A stretch of 62,371 nucleotides of DNA, the filler included, from Kipferlia bialata (lineage: Eukaryota): the NCBI GenBank assembly GCA_003568945.1. It is 3 parts of 3 records of this genome, joined end to end, with 100 filler letters (N's around TTAATTAATTAA, not from the genome) between each part and the next. Parts side by side here need not be neighbours in the genome. Positions count along the whole stretch, not along the records: positions 41,674 to 62,371 come from BDIP01000359.1; 2 more parts are not named here. One strand, given 5' to 3'. Made by a program: the position numbers and the translations under genes. The notes under the pieces were generated by a model, which had not been told where the DNA came from, made no database searches, and saw nothing but the letters and a program-made list of their open reading frames with translations. How positions within the stretch are numbered: the stretch's first letter is position 1; each line of letters begins with the position of its first letter. Of the stretch, positions 48,552 to 62,307 are shown one piece after another.

Positions 48552-50902
48552 CTAGCAGGTCTTGGAGAAGTCCTGGGGTGAGGGTGGGGAAGAGCAACAC
48601 CTTATATATATATAAACTATGTGTCTCTATATATCAGGGTCTCTCTCTCACTTACTCTCTATCCATATACATACCTGATGAGTGACCAGTGTGACATCTG
48701 CCGCTGCTGCCATGGCTAGATCTGCCATATATCATACATATACTATATATACATATACTATACATATATATATATATACTGTACCTGATGAGTAACCAGT
48801 GTGACATCAGCAGCTGCTGCTGCCATGGCTAGATCAGCCAAATAATATCATACACACATACATGTACTCTATATACTATATCTCCCATATATACTAATAC
48901 ATATATATATACATATATACCTGATGTGTCACTAATGTGACATCAGCTGCTGCTGCTGCCATTGCTAGATCAGCCACAGTGCAGTTCATACGGGAGGGGG
49001 AGGGGGTGGCCCTGGGAGTATGAGAAGATAGAACATACATCAGTGTAGTATAAGGGGTGTATACATAATAGAGAGGGAGAGAGAGATAGCAAGAGTGCAG
49101 TTCATACGGGAGGGGGAGGGGGTGGCCCTGGGGGTGAGGCATCTGAAATACATGTCTATAGTCTATGGAGTATACACAATAGAGGGAGAGAGAGATATAT
49201 AGTAAGAGGGTCAGTTCATACGGGAGGGGGAGGGGGTGGCCCTGGGGGTGAGGCGTCTAGAATACATCAGTGTAGTATAAGGGGTATACACAATAGAGAG
49301 AGAGAGAGAGATATAGTAAGAGTGCAGTTCATACGAGAGGGGGTGGCCCTGGGGGTGAGGTGTATTACATACATCACTGTACACTACATATGGAGATGTA
49401 CATACCTGATAGAGACTGTGGGCTGATCTGTGCTCAGGGGCACTCCCTCCATGCTGTCGGTGCCCCTGGACACCTCAGACATTCTGGGGGGTTGGATATG
49501 GTGTAATAGACTATAAGAGTATATGTGAGTATGTATAAACAAGATGCTGTCGGTGCCCCTGGACACCTCAGACATTCTGGGGGGTTGGATATGGAGTAAT
49601 AGACTATAAGTATATATATGACATCCTGGGGGTTGAATTAGCCACAGTGACTGGTGCTATATTGCATAGTTCACATGAATAGTGTATATACAATAGTACT
49701 TCCATCCGCATATCCATACCTCTCTGCCACCGTGACCGGTGCTGTGTGTGTGTATGCCATCAATGCATTATATCTATATATATATATATATATGCATACA
49801 TCACTTGATACCTCTCTGCCACAGTGACTGGTGCTGTGTGCTGGGCATGTCATCAATGCATTATGTATATACACTATATATATATATACTATCCACCATA
49901 CCTCTCTGCCACTGTGACTGGTGCTGTGTGTCTGTTGTGCCTGGCCTCCATACATTATATATATACTATGTATATATATATATATACATACATACCTCTC
50001 TGCCACCGTGACTGGTGCTGTATGGGGTATGTGCCTGGCCTCACCGGATATAGGTAGAGACAGACGGGCAGGGGCTGGGGGTTAGACTATTCAAGGAATC
50101 ACACATACAGTAGGCGCACCATATATACCCACAGTTTACCTCCGGTCCACATCCAATGTCAGTGTAATGGAGCATATACAGTGTATATAGAAACTACACA
50201 CCTTCTGGATCCGGTCCACACCCCATGTCTATGTATAGAGTCTTGTATATATATACATACGCACACACACATATATATACATATATATATCACACATCAC
50301 ACACCTTCTGGATCCGGTCCACACCCCATGTCTGTACCGGTGGATGTGGAGGTGCCTACTGGGGGTCAGTGTGATAGAGAATATTGGATCATCTGTAACA
50401 ACTAGCGACTAGAAACCGAACACAATCCACACCTGACGACGGCCTAGTGGTGATTGGCTCCATGACACTCCCCCTCTCTCTCTCTCCCCTACTGCCACTG
50501 AATGAATATAGGTCATTCCACTCCCGAGAGGTGCTACGGTGCGCAGAGGCTGGGGTCAAAGATACATTTACATCCTCATAAACACGATATACAAGATCTA
50601 AGACAGAGAAAGAGAGTGCATCAGATGCTGCGGTGCGCAGAGGCTGGGATCAGGGGAAAAGGATCGTGATGCATACACATATATACTATAGTGATACGTG
50701 GAAAATGAAATAGAGAGATTATTACAAGTGGAGGTGCTACGGTGCGCAGAGGCTGGGGGGTGAGGATACGGTCAATGACTATACTCTACAATATATCATA
50801 AGTATCATCCCCCTCCCTACCTGCCTCCCTCATCCTGTGCCTGTCACTGTCTCTGACTGTGCCCCCTGCCATGACACGGTCAATCTCAGCCCTGATAGTG
50901 TT

Positions 50903-50939
<37 letters not shown>

Positions 50940-51930
50940 TCCATTAAAATAGTCACGGTCAATCTCAGCCCTGGGGTGAGAGAGAGAGAGAGAAAGAGAC
51001 TGGATACGTAACAGAGAGAGTGTATATATCTGACTGTGTCATGACTCGGTCAATCTCGGCCCTAGGAGGGTGAGACACATACAAATACAAGCATAATTCC
51101 CATAGCGACGCCATGAGGAAGTATCAATGCACACCTTAGCACATTGGTGAGCCCTAGCTCCCTCTGTCCCCCCTCCAATCTGTGGGATGCAATACCTGAG
51201 GGGGTGGCACCCAGACCAACCTTGAGGCCCATGCCTAAGGGGTTAGATGGTTATATACACAGTGTATTACACAATAGTAACTACTCTATATACACCTATG
51301 CCCACCTTGAGGCCCATGCCTGGGGGGTTAGATGGTGTATATATACGGTTACGAATACAGGGGGAAAGACCTGATATATACTCATTCCCACCTGGCTGTC
51401 CGTCAATACCACCCAGCATATCGACAGTATAGATACACTGACTGTATGTATACATATATACACACAATACTATACACACATACCTGGCTGTCCGGCTGTC
51501 GTTGCATGTATAGTATATGATTAATGACTGTATATATACATATATACACACCACCCTATACTGATTCCTACCTGGCTGTCCGTCTATGCCCCCCAGCATG
51601 TCGTTGTAGGCATCCAGCTTGGCACCCTGGGGGTGAGGGTGTGTATAGATACACATATGCATATATATACCCTACCTGAATGGGTGCTGTCCACTGGTTG
51701 TGTCTCATGTGCTCCTCTGTGAAGCCGGCACCCTTCATCTCGTACCAGCCCTAGGATGAGTGCAATGTATATATGGAAACTCTCTTTGTATGTATGTTTA
51801 TATGTATATAATAATATATACATATGCAAATACACTCATACCTGCACTGGCCTCCTAGTCCTGTCTCTCTCAATGTCTCTCATGCATGTCTGCAGGTGGT
51901 TCTCATCCATCCTGGGGTTACTTCAATATC

Positions 51931-51970
<40 letters not shown>

Positions 51971-54012
51971 ATATATATGTTATCATCCATCCTGGGGGGT
52001 TATATAGAGGTGTATACAAATANNNNNNTATATGTTATCATCCATCCTGGGGGGTTATATAGAGGTGTATACAAATACATGATACTATTATATACATGTA
52101 TATACATATGTGAATATATACATGTCTGCAGGTGGTTCTCATCCATTCTGGGGGGTTAGGGATTCAAGTATACAATGATAATACACATATATATACACCT
52201 CAACTGACTCGGCGTTCTGGGACCACTTGCAACTATCACATAGAATGTGTGTCCGCTGTGTACAACATATAATATATACTATATATAATAACACATATGC
52301 GCATGAATATATATACCTGAGTTGGCTGAGGATGCTTGTTGTGTTGGCCAGCATCTTGCCAGAGGCACCGTCCTTGAGGTTGACCTGGGGGGTCAGTGTC
52401 AGTATAAGTATCAGGGAAAGTGTCAATAACAAAACACTCTTATATATGAGGACATAGGCTGTCTGTATATATATAACACATATTTATACACGTGTATCAA
52501 TACCTCCAGACTAGGCACCCCAGGTGCAGTTGCATTCATGCCAGAGGGACGGCGGCTGGGGGGTGAGAGGGGGAAATACAAATAGCATCCTTAAAGAACT
52601 ATGCCCATCGTGTATTACATATACTGTATACATACACATATGTATATATCACACCCACCTTGCTAGTGTCTCCAACAGGTCTCTATGCCTCTGCACAGGG
52701 ACTGAGGTGACAGGACGCTGGGGGGTGGCTGGGGGGTTAGAGAGGAACATCATCTATAGTAGGACGCATAATATCCAGATCCATCCATACATCCCCTTGT
52801 CAGTCTCCTTGTCCCCTCTCTCTCTCCATCTCTCTCTCTCTTCACATATACTACACTACTACTATGCATACCTCCCCCCTTGTCTGCCTCCTTGTCCTCT
52901 GTCTGTCTACTACGCATGGCACCCCTAGATGGTGAGATATGTAGGTACACATACACACACACACATAGGTGAGATAAACAACAAATACATATATATACAC
53001 CATTGATGTACATATACATTCATATTTATACATATACTACGCATGGCACCCCTGGGAGGTGAGATATGCAAACACATTCAGATAACACCACTATGGTATC
53101 AATAATCACTGGTTATACACATAGAGAAATGGGTGGCGCTGGGGGAGGGAGGGATGGGGGGTGGGCAGATATGGACACAATACAATACATGTGGTACATC
53201 TATATACACTGATACTACATATCTATATACAACACACCTACTGAGTGACCGTGTGAGTGGGCTGATCCCTGGGCCAGTCGAGTAGTAGCTCCTGGGGGTC
53301 AGTGATGTATGGATGTAGTATATATACACACATACATACCTATATGTACATATGTATACATATATCATACCTGGGTGTCCTCTCCCTTATCCTGCCGGCC
53401 TTGATGGGGGCCCTGTTGGTGCGGCTGGGGTAAGAAGACACGCATATATATATATATATATATGTATAGGGGTATATATGAAATCTCACTCTGTGTCTGA
53501 TACTACCTGATGGGTTGGTGCGGCTGGGGAAAGGTACAGAAGTACAGACATAAACTCAAGGTACATATGTATACAATCTCATACATATATATATATATAT
53601 ATATGTATGTATTAACATCCACCACTTGATGTGACTTGTCCGGGGTCCCATCGTGTCCCTACACATACTCCATGCATATATATGTATATATTATTAGACT
53701 AATAAACACACTCACTTTATGTGCACTGTCCTGGGTCCCATCGTGTCTCTCACTCCTCTGACCACAGGCTTTCCCCTGATTAAGGGGATCTCCCTGGGGG
53801 CCTGGGCTAGGGCCTAGGATGGTGAGATGATCATATCGAAAAGAAATCTATCATGAATATAACATGTAATATATACTTGTAGATAGACACAAAGGGTTGT
53901 AACATACCGTATATAATATATACGGTATATACTATATATGTAATATACAGTATATACCTTAGCGATCTCTGCCTTTCTGGCCTTGTGGGGGTCAGGGGGG
54001 GCACGTCTTCGT
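48552..54012 (-). CDS. Multi-exon hypothetical protein (5' end missing), introns crowded with partial exon copies
   Basis: Traceable exons include VNLKDGASGKMLANTTSILSQLR, GAKLDAYNDMLGGIDGQP, HTAPVTVAER, MSEVSRGTDSMEGVPLSTDQPTVSIR, ATPSPSRMNCTVADLAMAAAAADVTLVTHQ and DFSKTC*. Confidence 0.55.
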
Positions 54013-54214
54013 CTGGGGTGAGAGGGTAATAGAGAGAGAGAGAGAGAGAGAGAGAGTAAGAGATACAAATAGGAGGGGGGGGGGGGGGGGGGGGGTTACG
54101 GGGGGGGGGGGGGTTTCTCCCCCCCCCCCCCCCCCCCCCCCTCCATACTGAAATATACATCACCGTTTCCACACTTGTCTTCTGCCACTCATATACCCTA
54201 TATGTCCCTTCATC

Positions 54215-57200
54215 ATGATGCTTCGGTGCTCACAGAGTATATGTGCTGTGCACTTCCTTACCAGTTACTCTCCATTACCCTAACCACAGTGACTAGGGAG
54301 CACTATATCCCTGTCCCCGGTGTCCCTTCCACTGCCCCCTCCGTCTCTAGACAGCCCCCCTCCACGGTCACCCTGTTTGGAGAGGTGTCCAACATTCCCA
54401 TTGCCAGTAAGGGTGTAGGTGTAGCGGGAGGTGCAGCCTCCCAGGCCCAACAGCTAGTCCACATGGCCCAGACTGATATGGCCATGTCTGATGTGAGTAT
54501 GGCCAGGGTGGTGGAGGCATCAACATCCCTCTCTCCCCCATCGGTCGCTGCATCTAACGCAGTGTCCCCAGCTGACTCTGTGTCCACCAAACACCCAACC
54601 CCGCCCTCCCAGGTGTCTGATAGTGGTGTGTCAACCACCCTGAACCTACACACTGTGTCACAGGGAGAGACTGCAGCAGTGACAGGGACAGAGACTAAGG
54701 TGAAGGTGAAGGGGAGAGGGAGAGGGAGACCCAGGAAGGCCAAGGGGGCTGGTGCTGAGTCTGCCCCCAAGCCCCGAGGCAGGCCCAGGGGGACACCCTC
54801 CCACACCACAATGTCGCTCAACAAGAGACTGGTGGTGCTGGAGGAGCAGGTGAGTATGAATATAGGTATATATTTATAGGTATATATTTGTGTAGTACTA
54901 TGTATATGTAAATGGTAATGTAGTAAGAGACTGGTGGTGCTGGAGGAGCAGGTGAGGAGGAGTGGTATATATGTATGTTCGTGTATAGTAATAGTGTGTT
55001 ATGTTTCTCTCACCCCCAGACCACCACCGCTGCCCCTCTCTCCATGGTGACTGAACTGACACGGAGGGTACAGCAGCTTGAGGCACAGGTGGGTAGTGGC
55101 CGTGTGCATCATTATGTCTAAGTATATATGCACTTATCTATTGTTCTAATGCCCCCTCACCCCAGTTCCAGTCCCTGAGTCAGACCGGTGCCACACAGAG
55201 ACAGGGGGGCATGGCATCTACCCCTGCTTCCATGGCCACAGCACCTATAGCCCCTGTGGCCCCACCTGTCCCTGTCCAGATACCCACTGGCAATGGACAC
55301 ACAAGACCAGCAGGTGGGGATGGAGGAGTGTAGTGTGGTAATAGCTAATGTCTAAGTTGGTCACACTTTTGGATGTCGGGCGTATGTATATTCCATGTGC
55401 ATTCCATCCATTGATACAGTATACTAACCCTGCCTCTGACCCCAGGTACCACCATGTCCTATGGACCATCGGAAGGTATGTGTGCCATTGCTATTCTGGA
55501 TGTTATCATATATGATGTATATGGTGTATATGGTGTATATGGTGTATATGATGTATATGCTGTATTCTTGGCAATTATACCTTGTGCATAGTGTGACTCC
55601 TTCATGTACTCAATCCCCTGCCCACCCCTTAGGCTCAGCTGCATTCACCAGAACCAAGGTGGAGATGACTCACCCGGTGGTCAGGTGGTTTCCTATGCAT
55701 ATATCCGAATACTCCGAGTGCCTTTGTTACTGTTGCAGTAGGGGTTCTCACAGATAACCAACTCACTCTCAGGCTGAACGGATCTGTCGCCCCCGTTCCT
55801 ACCCCGGCGCCACAAATGCAGTACCAAGGTATACATGAGACATGATTATATATATCTGAATCTATATGAGTATGAATTCATCTTCTACCACACCATGTCC
55901 CGCCAACCCCAGTACGTCATGGGGCCTGGACTGCCCAGGAGGCACAGAGGGCCACGGTGCTGCTGAAGTAAGGATACTAGTAAGGATATACTAGTATATG
56001 AAGCTGCAGGAGTCGTCTCAGTTCATCAGTCGCTACAGTGATTGTTGAGGGTTTCTCTCCCCCTTGGGTTTCTCTGACTACCCTGTCGTCCATCATGATA
56101 CTCTCTATACCCTGTTGTATGTATTGATCTAGTCCCTCACACACAAGTCAGAGGAAGGAGGAGATTGCAGCCTTGAAGAGAGAGCTCCAGACATACAGGG
56201 GACAGGGTGCACAAGGCGGAATGGTACGTCATTACACCTTGGAATTTGTGCCTCCCCCTCCCACTAGTCTCATCCTCACTCTCAGGCCCCTGACGCTATG
56301 CTGAGGGAGCAGCAGAGACAGGTGGGTGTGAGTCTGATAGTTATGGCACTCTATGTTTGGCAATGTCTGTCTACCTTCCCTCCCCTCACCCCTCAGATGA
56401 CCAAGGCCCTGAGGGACAAGGACAGGGAGAGAGAGAGGATGGTCAGGTCAGCTGTTGCTGCAGCAGAGAAGGAGGTGGGGCGTCTTCTATTCTCATACTG
56501 TATTCAGTTTCAATTTGTTTTGCTTACTGTCTCTTTCTACATGTGTGATATTGTTTCTCTCTATAGTGTCAATTGACTGTGTGGTCTGAATATAACATAT
56601 CCACTCTAACGTCCCAGGCTGCTGTGGTGATTGAGAGTGGCGAGGCTGAGATTGCCCGGCTCAAGAACGAGGTGCTGGAGGAGGTGTGTGCCTTGGTTCC
56701 ATCTTGAAATTTGTGTCATATATATATATATATATGCTTAGTCTGACTCCTGTCCTAAACCCCCCAGGCCAAGTACGCATGGCGCAGAGAGGCCGACCTG
56801 ACCATCACCCAGGGCACCCTGCGTGCATTGTGTGCCACCCTGGTACCCTCAGATACTAAGGGGGCAGAGGAGGCACCCCCACCCACTGGGCCTGTGCAGG
56901 GTCCATCTGCCAAGAGGCCACCCTCCGTGGAGCATGTACCTGGGATGCCCGTGCCCTCCCTCAGTGCCGTGCCCAGTAACCATTTGGCCAGTCTCATCGA
57001 GGGCATGGAGGAGAGGGCAGAGTGGGGTATGGGGTGTATGTATATATGTATACTATGTATTGTCCACACATATATATGTATATATATATTGAATGAGGGC
57101 ATGGAGGAGAGGGCAGAATGGGGTGAGGACTCTGTTGTATTTATATCGATACACGTACATGTAAGTTTGGAATGGCTATGCCGAATCTTTCTCTCACCCT

Positions 57201-59511
57201 CAGCTGCTGCTGACAAGTCTGCATACATCATCGCTGACCTGTATCACCTCCCAACGGGGGACCTGTACTTCCCATCCAAGACAATTGAGGTGAGAGGCAT
57301 AGTTCTACTTACTGTAGCACGTAATGTGAACACTATATCCCCCTTACCCCAGGCCACCCTGAAGTGCTCTGCCCAGTTGGTGTCCTCGTGTCTATCTGAG
57401 GCCAGGATCAGACACCTGGATGAAGTGAGGTGGGGGGTGCTACTACACAACACGTGTCTTCATGGTATCTGACAGTTTCCTTGTAATCCCGTCCCACCGT
57501 GTATAAGTAAGCCTCTCACCCCAGTGCCCCTGGCGTGACTGCCTTTGTACACAGGATGCTGCCTGCCCTGAGTGCAGAGGCCTCACAGTACATAGACACA
57601 TACTTTGGGGGTGCCCGGAAGGATGACATACTAGGCCACCAGAGGGTCATGCTCAGACAGAGGATGCGGCAGATCACACCGACAGAGGTGGGGAGAGGCT
57701 CTGTTTCCCCTATATGCCTATGTATATGCAGCGACTCTATACCTCTCTCACCCCTCAGGCCTATGAGATGGAGCCTGACCTCTCCGACCTCTACCTCCAC
57801 TACACTGGGCCTCTCAAGCCGGTGGTGCAGGTACGTGTATATGTGTTTCTGCCCACACTAGTTGGTAATCTACTGTTGCTTCCTGTTCCCCTCACCCCCA
57901 GTACAAGTACAAGCCTGCTGTGCGTGACCCTACTGTCAAGAGTGCCCGGACCAGTATGAGGGGGGACGTGGCGAGGTGGGGGTTGTGTGGTATATGAGTC
58001 AAAGGGACATCACCCTATGATGCTATTGTTACATCTGTTATGTCAATGATACTGTACTGACCTACAGAGAGGGCTACCCCTCCGTTGATGACTATGTGAT
58101 TGAGGGTCTAGACGAGGAGGAACTGGCCGAGAGGGCAGAGGAGATACACGGGTGGGGGGAGTGCTGCAGCTACCTCGCGTTCTGATCCACAATACTCTTG
58201 TGATATTTCGCCATTTGATTTCTATATATATACGATATATACCCCACTGTGCATATCACCTACTCCAGGTCTGTCTACTCCCACGAGGAGGGACAGCGGA
58301 CACCCAAGTCCCCGGCCACACCAACCGACCCATCACAGAGGTTCGGCATGTAGCATCTTATGTCAATGAGTATCAGTTTCTATTACTGCTGAACTTACAA
58401 CCACTCACCCTCAGGAAGGGCATCCCTACAGCTGCAGGGGAGGGCGGATGGATGCACAGGGTATGTCAGACATATACTTGTGTGTAGTGTCCCAATCCAT
58501 ATGGGTTTGACTTTGAATTGGCATCCGGGATCCGTAGTAATTCCCTGTTAAGACAGTCGATCCTACTGACACTACACCTCCTTCGTATACCTCGCTTTCT
58601 CACCTCTCAGGATGTGGGCAAGTATGCAGGAACCAAGAGCACCTCAGGTACCTACATTTATTTGTTGCAGTGAAGAGTTTTATGATGATGAAATCTCTGC
58701 TATTGTACCATCACCATTATTTCTCTTCACCTATATTCACCCAACAGGCTCCACTAGGAGACAAAAGGGTACCGCTAGGACAGGTGGGTGCAACCCTTCC
58801 ATTATCATCACACCTTAACTCTCACTGTTCTCTCTTTCGGAACCTCATTCCACTGACCCTTCAGCTCGCAAGAGAACTCCAAAGAAGACCACACCCACTC
58901 GTGGCAGACGACCAGTCGACGCAGAGACGGTATGTTCTCATGTTCCAATTATGATCTGTATTATGGTTGTTGCATATACCCTCACCCCCAGGCCTCCAAG
59001 AAGCAGGGCGCTAGAGAGCACTGGCTGGGGCTACTAGCCATCCTGCGTAAGGAGGTTGATGCCATAGGTGCGTGTTCTCCTACTGACTCTCTCTATGTGA
59101 ATCCATCTATTAGTGTATTATGCCTCCTGCCAACCCCAGACCCCCGTCTTGACGACATTGCCCAGATTGTGCCCCCTGGCTACCCTGCACCCCTATTGGG
59201 CCCTTTAAGAGAGGGGTACACAGCTGCTACGCTAAGATGGAATGGAGGCAGATGGAGGGTATGTGCATGTACTCACACGGTCATAAGTAGCATCACACAT
59301 AGACATGCAGATACCACCCTCACCCCAGAGCAAGTTGTCTGTGTATAGGCTAAGGGGTGCCCTGTTGGAGTGGGTTCTCAAGTCTCTGCTGGGTGTGCCC
59401 TTGCCGGTGTGGGAGGCACCCAGTAAGGCAGGCACCCTGTCACAGGTGGTCAGTGTAGACATGGACAGTATGGAGGCAGAGGGGACACTGGACCAGGGGG
59501 AAGGGTCGTGA
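54215..59511 (+). CDS. AT-hook and coiled-coil nuclear protein (multi-exon)
   Basis: A probable first exon 54215-54236 joins in phase to an exon from 54290. AT-hook cores are RGRPRK (54721-54738) and PRGRPRG (54772-54792). Coiled-coil exons follow (EEIAALKRELQ, EAEIARLKNEVLEE), and the last exon ends DQGEGS-TGA at 59511. Confidence 0.6.
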
Positions 59512-59658
59512 TGGGTCGTAAATAGACACCCCAATGTAGATTCATATCCAGCGTCGACAATGAATTGTAATGGAATGTCGACACGCATAATCTCAGCTGG
59601 TTCCATAAGATCTATTGGGGTTCTCTCTCTACTCTACAACTGATTACACTACACACGG

Positions 59659-62307
59659 CTACCGATCCAGCTCCCCCAGGTCCCTAAGCTTCTTCTTCAG
59701 CTGGTCGACCTGGCATGAGACTACTGTCATATTATATATACCGATTGTCTTACACATCGAGCACACCCACCTGCTGCTGTGACTCTTCCAGCTTCTTCTG
59801 GGTGAACCTCCTCTTCAGAATGTCCTGTCTACGCCGGACAGGGGCCTGGTGGTCAGAGGGCGAGTACCACAATAGCTACAGGTACCATACATTCAAGCAT
59901 CAATAAGGAGTGAGAGGTTGGATCTCAAATATCCTAAACACTGCCCACCTCCTCCAGCCTCCTGAGCTCATCGTTGTACTGCAGGATACCCCTGTTGGCA
60001 CTGGGGTTAAGAGGGGAAAGAGTGGTGAGGGAACAACACGGAGTAATTATACAATAGGAGTGCAACAGAGCAGATCAAAAACACACCTGGCCAGGTCCGA
60101 CTCCAGTCTCGCCACCATCTGTGCCCTGGGACCAGACCCCAGACGAGAGGCACCAGCACCAGACGGGCCTGGGGGGTCAGTATAATCATTATTCTATAAT
60201 CAGGATATTGACATAGAGATATCACTACATATATCACTACTATACTCACTCTGGTCCCCTATGATGCCTAGCCCCCCCTTGGACTCCCTGCCTGCATTCC
60301 CCCTGGACCCAGGCACGTGCTGCCTCTCCTGCTCCCACTCGGCATCGGCAGCAGACACCCTGGGGTCAGGAAGTGGAGGGAGATATACATATGAGTGATA
60401 TGAAACCCACCTAGCGAGGGCCTCTGCCTGTGCACTGCGGGTGGTCCTGGTGGAGGGGGGTCTGGGTCAGAGGGGGTGGACACATACACAACACTCACAA
60501 CGACTGTCTATATGATCACTATACATCACCCATGGTCCCTATCTATACCCTGTACCTATAGTCATTGGGGTCTGATGCACCCACTGCAAAGGGGGCTGGC
60601 TTGCGTCTGGCCTGGGCAGCCTCCATACGGGCCTGGGGGTAAGTGGGGGATATACACACGATATAGTACCATACCATAGTCAGGTCCATATCATACGCAT
60701 ATACCTTCTCCTCATTCTCCTTGGCCTGCCTCATTCTCTCCAGCTGGGCGTTGCGGTCTGGGGGTGAGGGTATCGGAAGAGGGGATATGTGGTCGACATC
60801 CATCTATACTACAAAGGACGGTTCAAGTCCCCATGACTTGTGTCAACCAGTATACCCACCTTGCCTAGCCTGCTCATATGGGTCTAGGGGCTCAGCCACA
60901 GCAGAGGCAGCGGCAGGGGCCTGACGTGAGTAAGGCAGCCAGAGCAAAACTCAATGCCAGTACAACACTTGATGTGTCACTGCCCACTCATACCTGGTAG
61001 GAAGGGGGAGCTGCCTCTGCTGGGCCTGGTCCACCCATGCCACCCATACCTGCCATCTTGGCGTTGATGGCCTAGGGGGTGAGGAGCATGGTGGGGTATG
61101 TGGGTAGGGTAATTTATGTATAAAATCCATACGGCATATATACATCACTCTCTGCCACGTCAACCCATGTATCATACCTCAATCTGTGCATCCAGGGCAG
61201 CCTGTCTCTCAGACTGGGCTGTCCTAGACACCTGGTGGGTAAGTGAGGGGGTAGAGGGCAGGAATGCGTGGGGGAGATGTTGCGATGAGTTCATGTATAT
61301 ATACATCTGTCATACCGGCTGTGGCTTGGGTGGGGCATGCTTCATCATGGCAGCCTTCCTGGCCTCCATGAACTCCTGGGGTAAGGGAAGGGTATAAATA
61401 CATACATATACAGACTAGAACATACATATACAGACTAGAACATATATACATATCCCACCTCGAATGACATTGGCCTGTCCACGCCGGGCTCCCCAGCATC
61501 CCCCGTGGCAGGCTCTGCCCTAGGGGGAGAGGCCTGTCTCTCTCTCTCTCTGTCCCTAGGTGGGGTTGGAGACCTAGGGGTGTCTCTGCGGTACGACTGG
61601 GAGGTGACTCTCTCCCTCTCCCTCTCCTTCTCCAGGTCTCTCTCTCTGGCCTTCTCCCTGTCGACCTCTCTCCTCCTCTCTCTCTCCCTCGCATTCTCCT
61701 CTGGGGGTCAGACAAAACGCAACAGAAGACAGGTAAGTAGAATTGCCTATACATACATACCCTCCTCTCTCTCCTTGCGGCGCTGGAGCTCCCTCTCCCT
61801 CTCTCGCTGGAGGTCCTCGAGTCTCTCTCTCTCCCGCTGCTTCTCTCTCTCCCTCTCTCTCTCCCTGTCATTCCCTCTGTCCCTCTCATCAGCACCTCCA
61901 TAGTTGAAGGACATGTCGTGGTTGCCCCTAGGCCCCCCTCTCCTTACAGGCTCAGGGGGTGCATACCTACCAGAGTCTCTCTCTCTGTCTCCACCCCGAC
62001 CCCTACTGTCTCTGTCTCTGTCTCTGACCCCACTGCCACTCCCTCCGTAGTTGAACCCCACCCCCCCACTCTCTGCATTGTGGTTCTGGTGGGTGTGTCT
62101 GTCGGAGGGTCTGTCTCTGTCCCTGCTCATACCGGGGGAGTCAGCGCCACCTGGGCGTGAGGGGGTGGGGGGAGGACGGCATGGAGTTGTGTATCCACAA
62201 TATACATGACCAACCTATGATATTACATCCTTGTACCCACCTGTCCGCCTAAGCGTGTCCTTGAGTTCTCTGATCTGGGTCTCAGCTGACTGCAGCTTCA
62301 TGTTCAG
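59659..62307 (-). CDS. RD/RE-rich coiled-coil protein, 3' part (5' end outside window)
   Basis: Exons LNMKLQSAETQIRELKDTLRRT / ...RDRDR...ERERE... / ...LESDLAR / ANRGILQYNDELRRLEE / APVRRRQDILKRRFTQKKLEESQQQ / VDQLKKKLRDLGELDR-TAG. Confidence 0.6.

Noticed and set aside
48675..51063. Regularly spaced ~30-50 bp repeats resembling a CRISPR array
   Set aside because: The repeats are fragments of exons with splice sites, the spacers are related TA-rich intron sequence, the context is eukaryotic and there are no cas genes.
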